Below are positions 43,615 through 57,588 of a stretch of 64,000 nucleotides of DNA, one piece after another (the first letter of the stretch is position 1; every line of letters begins with the position of its first letter). The translations under genes and the position numbers were made by a program. The notes under the pieces are model-generated. The model saw only the letters and a list, made by a program, of their open reading frames with translations. It did not search any database and was not told the DNA's origin. The DNA is from Oculina patagonica (lineage: Eukaryota), in assembly GCF_052425735.1 (NCBI RefSeq), contig NC_135769.1, forward strand, positions 15,562,001-15,626,000, written 5' to 3'.

Positions 43615-46600
43615 TTATTGCAGCATCAGTGACTTCAAATTGTCCTGTAATATAGTATCCTTTACTGCATGGAAAACAAACTTGATATTTTCTGTGTCGA
43701 TGGCCGTCGTAAAGTGATGAAAGAGAGCTTTAGACCTCTCTCGTCGCTTGCTATCAAACATCTGTAAAATAAAGTTCTGCACATCTTCTATCTTCCGTGG
43801 TTCTCCCTGAAAAGCCGGGAAGTAGTCCTTTATGTTTGCATATTTGATCTTTTCCATTAAAAGATCTGTCTTGTTGAGAAAAAGGATGATTGACACATTG
43901 GCAAAGAATTTGTTGTTGACTATTGTCTCAAAGATGTTGCATGACTCCACAAGACGATTTGTTGTTCTATCTTCCATTAGAACTTGGTCGTAAGCACTTG
44001 AGGACACTAGGAAAAGAATGGATGTGACCTCGTCAAAGCACTGAAACCACTTGGCTCTTTGTGATCTCTGGCCACCAACATCAACCATTTTGAATGGAAT
44101 CCCCTTGATGATGAACTCGTGTTCTACAATGCCCTTTGTTGCTTTTCTTGCATGGAGTACATCCTGCTTTGTTGGCAAGAAATCCTTTAGTGAAGAAGAA
44201 AAAGACACCAAGTTAGAAAATAAACTCTTATGTGATGCATGTGGGTGAAACAGTGGCATAATGATTTACTAGGGGAGAGGCCCAGACCCCCACCTTTTTT
44301 TAGGCCAAAAAGAGGACCATAGGCGTGAAGCAGAAAAATTATTTTCGAGAGCAGCCACCCCCTCCCCCCCCCCCTCCTTATTCCAGGGTCTGGATATTCG
44401 GGCCCTCCCCTTATCTGAAGGTCTGGATCCGCCACTCTTGGGGATGGTTCAATGAGTTCATTGGGCTTTGTTCTTGGGTTCCTTGTATTATGTTCTTGGG
44501 TTGTCTAGAGTGACTCTCTTCGCCCAGTAAAATAAATGGCTACCAAAAATCTGTGGTAACCTTGTCACATCGATTGCTATAGAAAATGGGCTAGGCTTCT
44601 GCAGTATGCAAACTTTGGCCCAAGTGCACATTTTAGCACTCAGTGAGTCCCACACTCCCCTACTTAGTAAGTATTAAACTCCTCAGTTGTCTCAAACTCC
44701 CCACTATCCTGGACTGATATCCAATTGCCTTGGATTTGCTTTTCAGACATTTACTGTCAGCTACCTTGAACTCCCTGCTTTCTTGTTTAAGTTCGAGATA
44801 GCTCGGTCCAGCTGTACATGATAAAAAATGACTATTCCTTTAACATTATTATTGTAATGAGCAGTGCCAATACATGTAGTTTAACAAAAATGCATAAATA
44901 TGAGCATATGTCTTTGAAATTGTTATCCTGTTACAGGATTAAAGTTGTTAAAGTATTTTCATCCTCGTTGGTCTGTTCAACATTCATCTTTTGTCGCGTG
45001 TTACGTTTAATTCGTTAAAACAGGATACATTTTATGTTTGGGCTTCCAGATTGTGTCCATTATAACATGGATTCTGTTACATCGAGGCACTGTTCCATAC
45101 ATTTTACTGTAACTTTAGCTGGGCTGAAGAACATTGTTTGTTATACTAAAGACTTCATTATATAGAGGTTCGTTAAACCGATGTTTCACTGTAACTAATT
45201 TTTAACTAGATCGTTGTTTTCACAAGAAAAATACAACTTACCCGGATAATTGACTTTTAACAAAGGGCATTTGATTCATGTAGTAAAACTGATTACATTT
45301 GAGCCAAGGTTCTTTCTGTGATTTATTTCACAAAAAGAACCAAAAGTCAGTGGAAATTTGGGGTATTGACATCAAAACATCTTCCCAGGTATATCCTGTT
45401 TTTGTTCATTTAATACAGGACTTTTCAAATCATTTAAGCCTCATAGCGTACATAAATCCTGATTGTGATTACACGATTCCCTCAATCCCAGTCAAATTGC
45501 ACAGACGCTTGAAAATAAATTAAGCAAATAAAACGAGACCCACAAAGTCACCGACTTAACAAGTTTTGATTTACTGTGGCTATGCAGATATTGCATTACA
45601 ACAATCGTAATTTTACATAATTTTATCTACTGTTCAAACAACATCAAACTACTTTTTGTAGTAAGTTTTTGGGCAAACTTTCCAACATAGATGTCACATG
45701 AAAAACGTATCTGTTCTTTGACAAGGGATTGTTAAAGAAAATAACTAGAAGAGACAAAGCCAAGAGATTTCAAAAAGGTTCCTTTGTGTAAATGAAATTA
45801 TTGCAATCTAAATTTAGTTATTATATCTGTTATTGCACAGACAATGACCACAGCTTCTTAACCCATGCCAAACCACACAAAATAAAATCGATAATAAATC
45901 TAAAACGAATGCACAATAAAACTTAAAAGATCGACTTTGAAAATTATCTTTATTTTGCTCACACGAACTTGAAGTGTGTGTATATATTAAATAACTTTGT
46001 ATAACCACTTCTGACACTCAACATAAATCACTTAACATTGGTTGATGAATAAAGCTCTCTCAAACGCAACTGACCAAGTTGTTTTCGCCCAGTTGCGTTC
46101 GTAAATTTTCAGTCAGAGAAAACGGAAAACAAATTTTTCTGGGACGTGCATTGCTGCATTTAAACAGGAACTTTTGGATTTTGATATGGTGATAAAGTCA
46201 GTGTTTACTTGTGTTTGCTAAAAGCATGGACAGATTATTTTATGAAGTCTCGAATTATTAAACATGTCTAAACATGGAAATAAAAAATCTATTTTAAAAC
46301 TACAATTCTCTGGTTCAGTTCTCGTAGTATAAACATCCGACGATAACAAGTGTAAAAAGAGCAATCGACTAAAAAAACCAATAAGAACGCAGGGTTCTTT
46401 CCCTTCTCGTGACTAATGACAAAGCTTCGAAATTTATTGGGCTGGCTTTATCCTAAATTAAATATATTCCCCAGCAGCTTGACAGGGGGAAAGTTTAACT
46501 GTATTTAGAAAGTTTTGTTTGTCCTTGTGAGTAATAATAGGAGAAAGAATTCGACAGTAATATGTTTGGTCAAAATGAGTTCTGAGTTCGTCGGTATGTT

Positions 46601-47828
46601 TACATCTCCGACAAAAACTTTACCTCGATTGAACGTTCTAAGGAGCAATATAAAAGGAAGAAGTGTGTATTAAAGGTAAAAACAACTTACCGGCCGACCA
46701 ATTCTCTCCAAATGGTCGAGGAAATATTTCGATGAATCGCCCTGAAAAAAAGAATGATTACAATTGAGTCAAAACACGCCTGAAAGAATGTCAATTTCTA
46801 CCCTCCCAAACGGTGGTCGATTCAATAAAACCAAAACTACAATACGACATATTCAAATGCGTGTTCCACGATGTTACACAAATTAAAACTGCGTTTGGCA
46901 AGTTAATTTGACGATAGTACACAAAAGCCTCCTGTTCCGAGTGTTCTAACACAATAATTGGGCTTATGAAGCAACGAACAAAGAAGGTACCAAGATCAGA
47001 TGCGATAGCTGAATTGTATCGCTCTGATATCATTAGTCGGTAAACCCAACCTTCATTTTTTGTTCCACGAAAATTGTCATCAGGCCTCGCTTTACTTTCG
47101 CGTGTAATGCAAAATATCTACGTCCAAAACAAATCAACGACGTGGTAAGTAGATCGAGTGTGTGTGCAACCAGAAAAAACATAATAAATACAGCTTTAAT
47201 TTCCTTCATGGACAAGCATTGTTGAAATCAGCGCGAGTTGTGTGTTATGCATAATACATTGTTTGTGGTGGCTCGCAGAAGCCGCTTTTTTAGCGAGCGT
47301 AATGTATATTTTACGATCACCAATTTAACCTCCTAGAGATCAGATCAATAAAAGTTAAATGCACATTCTCACCAGCTGAAATTCTCTTCTTCTGTCGTAC
47401 GCATCTTGAATGCCTTTATCCCGCCAAAGCCTCTTCACACAGTCGAAGTAGCTCATGAACATGTCCGTGTCGATGTGTTGTGGCGCTTGGAAATTCAAGA
47501 TCTTTTCGGCGTACATTTGGTTCGAAGGGTCTTGCCATTCTAGTCTCAACTTCCTTCGAGCATCAGCCAGAACTTTCATCCCCTTGAGGATGTTACCATA
47601 AATGATGGGGCGAAATTCATTCAATGCATCGCCGTCGAAATCCTGGCCATGAATGATGCGCATTTGCTTAAGGAACGTACTTTTTCCACTCTCCCCGGCC
47701 CCTAAAAGCAAGACTTTAACTTGACGACGATACTGAACTTTCTCTTGAGCTATTTGTCTGTCTATTTTTTTCGATCTGGCTTTCTGTTCAGCCTCCTCCG
47801 GGCTGAGGCAGCAAGCGTCGAACACCAT
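43615..47828 (-). CDS. GNA12/GNA13: Heterotrimeric G protein alpha subunit, G12/13 class (concertina-like), 358 aa
   Basis: Exons 47828-47373, 46741-46691, 44184-43615, all GT-AG and phase 0. Motifs [43 protein letters not shown]-terminal LKSLMLQ characteristic of G12/13; N-terminal CC palmitoylation site. Confidence 0.95.
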
Positions 47829-50577
47829 TATGGCCGACAACAGGCTGCAACTGACTGCAAAATCCACACCCACTGAGGGTTGGAGCTATGGAGAACCTGG
47901 CCTTTGATCAGTCCGACCAATAAAAGAGCTCACCGGAAGGAACACGTATTTTAACACGTTTGGAGACCTGATTTTCGCCGCTAATTATGTTAAACACATT
48001 TTATTGCTCCGGCTAGCTCCAGGAAGGATAATTACTGGTTTAAGTGTTCTTTTCGAAAATTAGCCAAGAGAAAACAATTTCAACGTGGTAACAATAGCAA
48101 CCATAACAAGCAAAACATGGCAACATGTTTTTCGACATTCTCGAGTTCACCGATTTTCGATGTTTTTTTCAGGCCCAGTTTAAAATCAAGCATTTTACTA
48201 TCAAGTCAGCGAAAGAATATTAAATAATGAACAAATCCTGGGCTTGAAATGCGAAGTTTATAAAACTATTTTCGCGGCACTCGCAGATAACAACATATCA
48301 GTTACTGCTAATTTCGGAAAATATCTGCACCATATTGCTGAACTTTGAGGTCTATATGTCTGATTACTTTTCATCCAAATGCAAACTTTATAAAAATTAA
48401 GTTGAAATGTTCTTGAATAGATCCTTATGTCTTTTACGTTGCCTTCGAATACATACATGTTTGTTTTTATCTGAATTGTATCTGAGCTGTGCTTTTTTGA
48501 CATTTGAAATCATTATTATTACTAACTTTCCCCCGTATATTTATTACTTTTTATTTGCAATTTACGATATGGATTCGAATGCTGAAATCCTATAAACAAT
48601 TTCAATTATCTATTGACGTCATTGAGAAATTTGTAAATGTAACGTTTTAAAAATGCAATTGATACTCTTCACTGTCGAGAAATTGTTCACTGAACTTGAC
48701 AGACCCTCAAATATAAATATTAAAAATTATACATATAAAAAAGTATACTCGGCTGATGTATACCTTATCTGATCTTCTTTGTTGCTGAAAACAGTGTCGT
48801 GTCTGGAATTAAAAGATTGAAATGGCAACCTTTACATTTTGCAAAACAAATATCTTTGACGTAATTAAGCCCTTTTAAAAATGCTTAATTCATAAACGCG
48901 ACCATTCATTAAAGTCAATATCTACTGGCTATCAAATTTCGACTAACATACATTATTTTACTGAAACTTGCTTGTTGAAACACTGTTCAAAAGCATTTCT
49001 TTTCAAATGGTGCGAAACTAACTATGCTATAAATAGAACTGGCATAAGGGACGCAATTTGCAAGACTTTGAGAGGGACTGATAACTACCATCCCATCCCT
49101 TTGACATAGAAATGATTTTTAAACCCGGAAAGTTTATAATATTGCAAAAAAAATAGCCAGACATGAACAAAAAGCTCATTCTCTGCCGCATAAACTATTG
49201 ACAAATGCAGGTTTTAAAAAATAATAATTAAATAATAAAAACAGATCACAGTAGCCTGATAAAATTTAACAGAAGTTTGATTGGATTTTTCCTCCATTGA
49301 TCGTCAGCTCCCGATGGCTTAATAAAGGAAAAATACTTTTATTCAAAAACTTGTTTATAGAAGGAATTTTATCTAAGCACGTTTTTTCATTCCGGTTTAA
49401 TCAACCTTTTCTTTACGGGGGCACATTTATGTTTCCTTGTTTGCCGATAAATGACATCCGTGTTAATAAATAGAAATATAAGTGGCGAACAATCTTTTCA
49501 CAATATTGTTTTAGCCCTCAAGAGGATAAAAATAGCCTTACTATCTTGCAAGAAAGCTAAAAACAGAATGTGTCGGGGGTGGTGTTGAATGATTCTTTGC
49601 GTTAATTACAATTCGCAAAGGTGTCCTGATCCTTGTTTTGGTAGACTTATCGGGTCTCATCAAGCTTGTCTGAGATCCGCTTTCGTGGGAGCGAAATCAG
49701 TAATCTGGTGCCTACTTCCGGTTTGTTCACTTGATTCACCTCCGCTAGCCACTGGAATTGTGTGCCGGAGGGCGCAATAAGGATGGCCTTGCTACAACTG
49801 ATTTCTGCAGTGAGTAGAATGTTCACCGCCAACTGTTTTCTGGTATTTTTCTTTGATCTAGTTGAACGCGCGAAAAAAATCGAACTGGACGGTAGCGCGA
49901 AAGCGAAAGCGCGAGCGATGGGTGGGGGGGGGGGGGTGTCAGGATAAGCGAGAAAAATTATGTTTCGCTCGTCCTACTGCCCCATCCCCTCTCGCTCGCT
50001 CTTTCCCTTCTTTCTTCGAGTTCAGTGAAAAATATAGAGGATGCGAACAGTCTACGTTTTGAGGGCTCCATATCCTTTCTGATACTTGTTTTAGATCCCC
50101 TCCCACCCCGTAAGGTGGACCCCAGTCCCCGTCACTCTTGTCTTATACATATGAAAGTTACAACAACGATTTGCCAAAAACGACTCATGTTTTCCTGCTA
50201 TTTAAATCTAGTACAGTAGTATAAAGAAAGCCCTCCCCTGGTGACTAACGGCGTTGTAGTGTTGTTGTACTGACCTGTAGCTGTATAAACTCGAAACTCG
50301 TCCCCATCCCAGGTTGTTATCACGCTGAAATCCAAGATGTCGGGTATAACGTTGTGTAGCGGCAACTACTGTTGGTTAGCTAATGTGCTGTGGTTTGGGT
50401 ATTGTTTATTGGCGTCATTTGGTGATTGCAACATCCGCAACACTTAGAAACTACTAGTTGATAGAGAATAGCGCTTGGGTTAGGCAATGTATAATGATTA
50501 CGCCTTGTTAAATTCTATATTATACCTTAGTTTCTAGTTTGCCACTTAATGATTTGTTTTCGTGCATGCTTCAAAAG

Positions 50578-51153
50578 GCCTTATCACGGTTTTCGACGCC
50601 ATCTTGACGAGTAGGCAAAGCGTGTAGAAATTACAGTGTTTGTATGGGAATCCGACGGCAAATATCTTTTACAAAAATTGAATTCTGGACAACTTGTGAA
50701 TTACCGGAATTAAGTTTTCCCGCGAACCGCGTCAATCATGGTATATAGACAAATGTACGGCAAATTAAAAACGTAACTGAACGCTTTCTAACCCATCTAC
50801 ATCCTTCAAACTCGGCGAATAAAAACGTTTGCCTAGTATCTTAACTTTACAATTCATAAGTTGTCCAGAATTCAATTTTTGTAAAAGATATTTGCGTCGG
50901 ATTTCCATACAAACACTGTAATTTCTAACCGCGTTGCACAAGATGGCGTCAAAAGCCTTGATAAGGCTGCCTCGTCCCCAGGCGTCCTCCTCCTTGGTAG
51001 TGCACGGTTCGCTTGGTGTTGTGGGACTGACATACACGGTTCGCTTGGCGTTATGGGCCTGGCTCGCTCCCTAACCATCAACCCCCCGCGCTCCCTGTTT
51101 TCCCGCCTTACAGCCTTTGCCGTCCGGCCGACCGGCGCCTGGGGACGAGGCAG
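50578..51153. mobile_element. Two adjacent MITEs (50578-50967 and 50967-51153)
   Basis: GCCTTATCACGGTTTTCGACGCCATCTTG / CAAGATGGCGTCAAAAGCCTTGATAAGGC, and CTGCCTCGTCCCCAGGCG / CGCCTGGGGACGAGGCAG. Confidence 0.65.
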
Positions 51154-54136
51154 TTGATAATTAATCGGGCGTGGCCGATTTATAGTTTACCCTTTGGTCG
51201 TCCTAGACGATAGTCTCCTGTCGGCTAAAAATGACGGGGATAGCCTGGGCCAATCGGTTTCATTTCAGTTTTGACAGTAAATCGTTGTAGGAACACTGGG
51301 TCGACTTTTGGGCTAATCTGCAATCTGGTTCTCTTCTTTGCTTCGGCGGGAGGACAGAGAAAAATGCTTAAGGGGTAAAGTACTAATAATCACCATTGTG
51401 AAACTGTAGTTGCTTTGACAAATTGAAGCTATTTTTGTAAATAAAAGGGGTAACGTCATTCATGTCACGCAATGTTTTTGTGGGAAACTTTGAAACTAGA
51501 CGCTTTGCTGGTTTCTACAAATAGCAGTGTGATCTGGCGGTACATTTTTTTGAGGCGGACTCCACTTTAAAACTATGTTTTATATATTTAGCAAGAAAAA
51601 TGTCGATTTTCATTTCCGCACAGTTGGGCGTCAAAGTCGCCTGTCACAAAATGTAGAATGTTTGCACAACATGGTTTGGATATATTTCAGATTTGACTAG
51701 TGACGTTAGAAAGGCACTTCTCAAGACGTCAGCAAAACATTGGCAATGTACAGTATTGGTGTGAACTTGAATGGAATTTTTTACGAGATCAGTAAAGCTA
51801 TCGAATGAAAAGATGACTTGAAAATGAAAACTTCGAATAATTATAATTAAATACCAATTTTGAACACATCTGTGTTCAAAATAGGAATTTTTGTACAACT
51901 TAAAGTTCCGAAAAAAAAGACCAGATGTTTTGTAAAAATCACAGACAAACATGATCAGGAAAACAAAACAGGCCAATGGGTTTTATTCACGAAAATACAA
52001 CTTTCTTAAGAAAGAGTTTGTAAACAAGACAATGGAATCGAATTATATTTCACACGAAATTTGCATACATTTGAACTTGCAAAAAAGAAGTATCTCTGCC
52101 GAGACATAATAGCGAGACCTTACATTAATAATTATTGTATTCTGATCTGATTGTTATTTTTTATGCATTAACTATTTGAAAGTGGTTCTCATCGATGAAA
52201 CAAAACGGTTTTTCATTCACTGCTTGAAGTATTTATAGACGTGAAAACATTCGCTTAATCAAATTACATTCTGCACGAAATATTTTGTATCCATTTGTCC
52301 CGAAACTTTGAGGAAATTGAAATCTTTGTGGACAGTACTGCATAAAAGCAGTTCATAGAATTGAATAAAAAGATAAGAACCATATTGATAAAGGAAATTT
52401 TAAAACTTTATTTTGGCTCATTTTGACGAAATTCAGGATTTTCAAAGACTGCCAGTAAACGGCTGTATCTTGTCTGTCTCTAACGATTTTGCTACGGTTT
52501 CGAACGAGCTAATTTTTCAACATGATATCATGGTAGCGGGCAGAAGTCGGTTCGTTCTGAATTTTTCAATACGGCCGTATACAAGTTACAGGTCAATATA
52601 CAGACCCTCTGTACAGTAAAACACGTTTTGGGAACAAACCATTGTGAACTTATTTTCTGTGTTGATCAGTAAAAATCCTTAGTACGACATGGAGTTTGTT
52701 ATCAAGTTAGTTAGTACGTTAATACTGCAAGGTGTATAACCTCAGAGAATTATTATCAAGTGTGTTTTGTTTTATTTGCGGTTTATACTCTAAGGTCTTG
52801 GTATGGGAGATCAAAATTAAGGCAAATTTCTGTTATTTTCTGATTGCTTGGCACAGATTAGTACGATACTGAATTGGTTAGGAAATGTAAACAAACATTT
52901 AATTGAATGAGAGCAGAAAGGGAGGGACAGTTGGGGGTGAAAGGCTAAGGAGATGGAAAGGGAGGGAGAATTAAAATCCATGCTTGGTTATATCACGCAA
53001 CCTTTGACTTCTGTTGTTTTCTCACAAGAACAAAACTTAAGGTGGGGTTCTACCTGAATTTGAATGGAACTTTAAGAGATTTAAAGAAGGGATTGAAGAA
53101 AAGAATGGAAACACCTCCAAACAGTTGACCCCCTCGCAAGAGCACTCCGGGTTGTCAGGAGACTGTTTGGTGTCCGTTCACCAATTTTTAACTTCAAATT
53201 TAAATTTTAAAATCACATTAAATCTCCAATATATCTTATTTGTCTAAATTTTACTAATCCTTTGAGAAAAACTATCGCCTCTCAGACATCCCCCAAAATC
53301 GTCCAAAAATTAACAAAATACTGCAAAACAAATATATATGGGATAAGTAAAGCTTTTTTGGATTCCTTGAAACGCGGCTGAAATGGTTTTCAGTGTTTTC
53401 CAGCCCTTATACTTTGGGTCAGTACTACTATTCACCAGTTGCTATTACAGTAATGGTATGAAACAAATACCTAATCATTGGTCAATAAGTTGTGATCATT
53501 TTCTTGACAATAGTAGTTACCTGATTAGAAGTTGTATACTGTTCCATTAAAGTGTAAGGGCTGGAAAATACTGAAATGCGTCAGCCACCTAAAGCGTTGG
53601 AAAAATTGGTCTTCAGGTAAAAAATCCGCCTTTATTAAGTATTGCGAAAAGGCTGCACTTTGCTAAGTGTTACAAATTTATATTTTCTAGACGTCTAGTT
53701 CAATCGTTTATTTGTATTGTGCGAAATATATTTTTATAAATTGAGACCATTATGTCATTAAGTAATAATGCAATCTTGAAAACATTCCAGATTTTCATTA
53801 TTAAATAGAAACACGAAAAATTCAAATTTGGGAAAACAAGCCTGTCAAAATGACGTTCATGGTGATTTCAAGTTACTGGCACAATAACTAATCCTACCAA
53901 ATTATTGCGAGATAAATTTTAAATAAACTCGTAAAGTTTGGCAGCGTTTGGTTGAATCTTGAAAAAGTTATAAGCGTCCAAAGTCAGTGCGGGCCTCAAA
54001 AGTCCCCCCCCCCCCGGCCTGAATAGGTTTAAGTGACTATTTTTCCAGTGATTTTTACTGTACTGTACCCTGCCTTTCAAGTCAAAACAGATAGCTAATT
54101 ATTAAGCGCCCGATTTTAAGCTTCTCAAGCTTCTTG

Positions 54137-54705
54137 TTAACAATTAGACTACGAGCCGGAGTTTTCTATGAGCGATTATAGTTCACCACTAAATTTTCTC
54201 CGATTCTGATTGGTTTAAATTGAACACGTGACGCGATAGTGCCCATCCGCCGGAGGGCACTATCAGCCCATAGTGCCCTCCCGTGAAAAATGCCCGGATC
54301 GATAGTGCCCGCCCGTGACTGTTTTTTGTAAACAAGCTGCCTACAGACAAAAAAACCCAACCAAATTCACTGCATTTAGTGGGTTTCTCGTCTGGTTTTG
54401 TTTCGTTTGTTAAATTTCGGCTTTCAATTGAGTTTTTTGTCCTCAAAAGTAAAAATAATTCACGATGCTTGTTTTTGTATGTGCGCGCGGAAGAAAATTT
54501 AGTGGTGAACAATAAAGACAATAGAGTGTTTCTGTCTCTGAACTATCGGTCTGATAGTTGCCCCTTGGAAATTTGATGTTCTTAAAACTAGCATATTTGC
54601 CCTCGAAGCTTCGCTTCTCGGGCTAATATTTGTTTTAAGAACATCAAATTTCCGCGGGGCAACTATCAGCTGATAGTTCCTCGACAGAAACACTCTATTG
54701 TTAAA

Positions 54706-54741
<36 letters not shown>

Positions 54742-57552
54742 ATAGAAAACGAGGGCATAAGGACTGCAGTCCAAAAACCTCCAATTTTTACGTTCTTATA
54801 AGTAGGCATAAATAGATTGTGCTCGGCAACTTTTGAGCAACATTTAGCGTTTTGAGCAACTTTCTGTAGTGCCAGCAACCTAAGGCAACTTTTGCCTTCC
54901 TTGGCAACTTTTGAGCAACAAATTGACATAAAACCGATCCAAACCATAAAAGGTCGTTTCATTTCGAAAGATTTTTCTCATTTTTAACTATTTTTTATCT
55001 TATTTTTATTATTTTTTATTTATTTTTTAATTTTTTACACTCCTTCTTATTAAAGCGTGAACACTTAAAATATGTCTGGAATGTTCTTTGTGTTTTAACC
55101 AATCACATGCGAGAACTTCAGACCGCAGAAACCACAAACAACGAATGATGGGTTTCCATCGGTCACGGAACAATATTCGGTTCTCGTTGCGCTCCAATTT
55201 ACAAGGAAACACTAATTGTAATTCCTTTCTTTTTGAGAACATTCACTGCCGTACTGAAGAATATGTATGAGTGATTTTTTTATAGAAAAAATTGAAAAAC
55301 CAATGCGCCCGATGCCACGATTTGCCCCAGTTGCCGCCAATTTTCAAAAATTGTAACGAATTCGTTTCTGCAGTTACCGTTCGCCTGATGGCATGTTACA
55401 ATTTGAACTGAGGTAAGCTTGCATTTTCCGGTTTTTATCTCACCCCAACTATTGTAGCAGACCTAAACACTGATAGAAGGAAGGTTCGTTTCTTCGATAT
55501 CAGCGAAACGATAGCGGGAAGGAAAAGCGAAAATCAAGCGATTGAGGTGTTTACTTTGCACCAATCTGTTATCACGGCCACATTTTGAATAATTTTCGTC
55601 TGGAGCCTTTACAGTTTGCAGTCTTACGATCACGGAACCTCTGATTGCCTTAGGGTTGAAATCGTTTGCCGAAATAAATCGAATCTCTTGTTCTACCGAA
55701 AAGATTTACAATCAGTAACGAAAACTCCACAATTTTGTATTTTATTTTTGGTTTATCGTGTTTACATCTTATGTCTAGACGTGTCTACAACATACTGCAT
55801 GCACTGAACCATGTCGTATAACGTCGCTGAAGGAACCGTCCTTTTTTTTTTCCTTCAAAAAGCCCTGAAACCTTGTTCTGGATGGCCCTCGATACGACAG
55901 AATAGCAGTTCTTTAAATTCCTGAAAAAGACAGAGCGTGTATCCTGAAACAAAATAAGAACTAAAGTTGCTCCGTGACCGATGGAAACCCATTTGTTGTT
56001 TGTGGTTTCTGCGGTCTGAAGTTCTCGCATGTGATTGGCTAAACATAAACATTCCAGACATATTTTTTAGTGTTCACGCTTTTATAAGAAGGAGTGTAAC
56101 TATTATTGAAGTTATGTTGAGTTTAAAGAGTATATTGATTACAACAAAGTATTTATATTTCTCACATTAAGAACATCAAATTTCCGCGGGGCAACTATCA
56201 GCCGATAGTTCCTCGACAGAAACACTCTATTGTTAAAATAGAAAACAGTTGGAGAACCAATCAGATTCGCGGATTTTCAATAGAACACGGTTGAGTTTCT
56301 ACTAAGGCCTAGTAGTAGAAACTCAGCTGTGTTCTATTGCAAATCCGCGATTCTGATTGGTTCTCCCACTGTTTTCTATTTACCTACTAGAAGATCGTTT
56401 TCCATGGCGTACACAACTCCAGAGAAAAACCAACAGATTTCAACGATTCTTTCTTCATCTGTCGCTTCCTTTGACACTGTCTTACTTCCATTTAAGCAAG
56501 TAAAACGTTTCTGATAAAAAACTTGCTGCTTTAAAGCATCATTTAAACAACAAAACAAGAGAATAGAGGCGAAGTCGACGAAGTCGTTCAGCGACATTCG
56601 ACAAACAATTCGCACATCCGGGGTACCGGGCTTCTATAGTTTTCAGCTATGTTCTTTAACAAATAAATAAGCCTTGGCCGTGCTTTGTTCTGTTATAAAG
56701 CACGCAAGGAAGTGACGAGAGCACGAAAGAAGTGTAGGGTGCTATCGTCACTTCCTTGAGTGGTTTATAACAGAACAAAGCACGGCCAAGGCTTTTTTAT
56801 TTGTTTTATAATAAAGTTTTACTTAAAACTTAAGAGAAATTGGATTTAAACAAGATGTTATCTCAGGATGCGCGCGCGGAATGGCGTGACGGATCGTACT
56901 CGACGGCGTCAAAAGCCTGTTGATCTACAAATTCCTTTTATTTCAAAAACGCGTCTGAATTTTTGAAACAAAAGCACGTTAAGCACTACTTGAGGTCTTA
57001 TCGTTACTTTTTGATAGAGCTGAACCACTCAAACCTTGAAAATTCTCCTCGGTTTGCTAAAACAGCAAGATTTGAAATGATCCGCAAGCTGCACGCGCAC
57101 ACACGGTAAAAGATGGCGAGAGCACTCGTAAGCAGCGTGCTTTATACTCTCTTAATATACAATTCTTCGTCCACGCGCGCAATTGGTTAAAATAGATCAC
57201 GTGATTTTGCTTTACCTGTCGTCAGCAAAAACAGACGAGAAACCCACTAAATGCAGTGAATTTGGTTGGGTTTTTTTGTCTGCAGGCAGCTTGTTTACAA
57301 AAAAACAGTCACGGGCGGGCACTATCGATCCGGGCATTTTTCACGGGAGGGCACTATGGGCTGATAGTGCCCTCCGGCGGACGGGCACTATCGCGTCACG
57401 TGTTCAATTTAAACCAATCAGAATCGGAGAAAATTTAGTGGTGAACTATAAGGGCTGATAGTGCCCTCCGGCGCGCGGGCACTATCGCGTCACGTGTTCA
57501 ATTTAAACCAATCAGAATCGGAGAAAATTTAGTGGTTAACTATAATTGCTCA

Positions 57553-57584
<32 letters not shown>
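54137..57584. mobile_element. Composite nest of non-coding palindromic elements bounded by ~260-bp inverted repeats
   Basis: TTAACAATTAGACTACGAGCC...GGGTTTCTCGTCTG (54137-54394) is inverted at 57232-57584. Inner inverted pairs 54520-54700, 55037-55170/55965-56098, 56237-56378, 56660-56802; direct repeat 54637-54710/56169-56241. Confidence 0.75.

Positions 57585-57588
<4 letters not shown>

Noticed and set aside
48258-53900. Short ORFs between the two G-alpha genes
   Set aside because: No recognisable domains or consistent exon chain; AT-rich intergenic DNA with MITE fragments.
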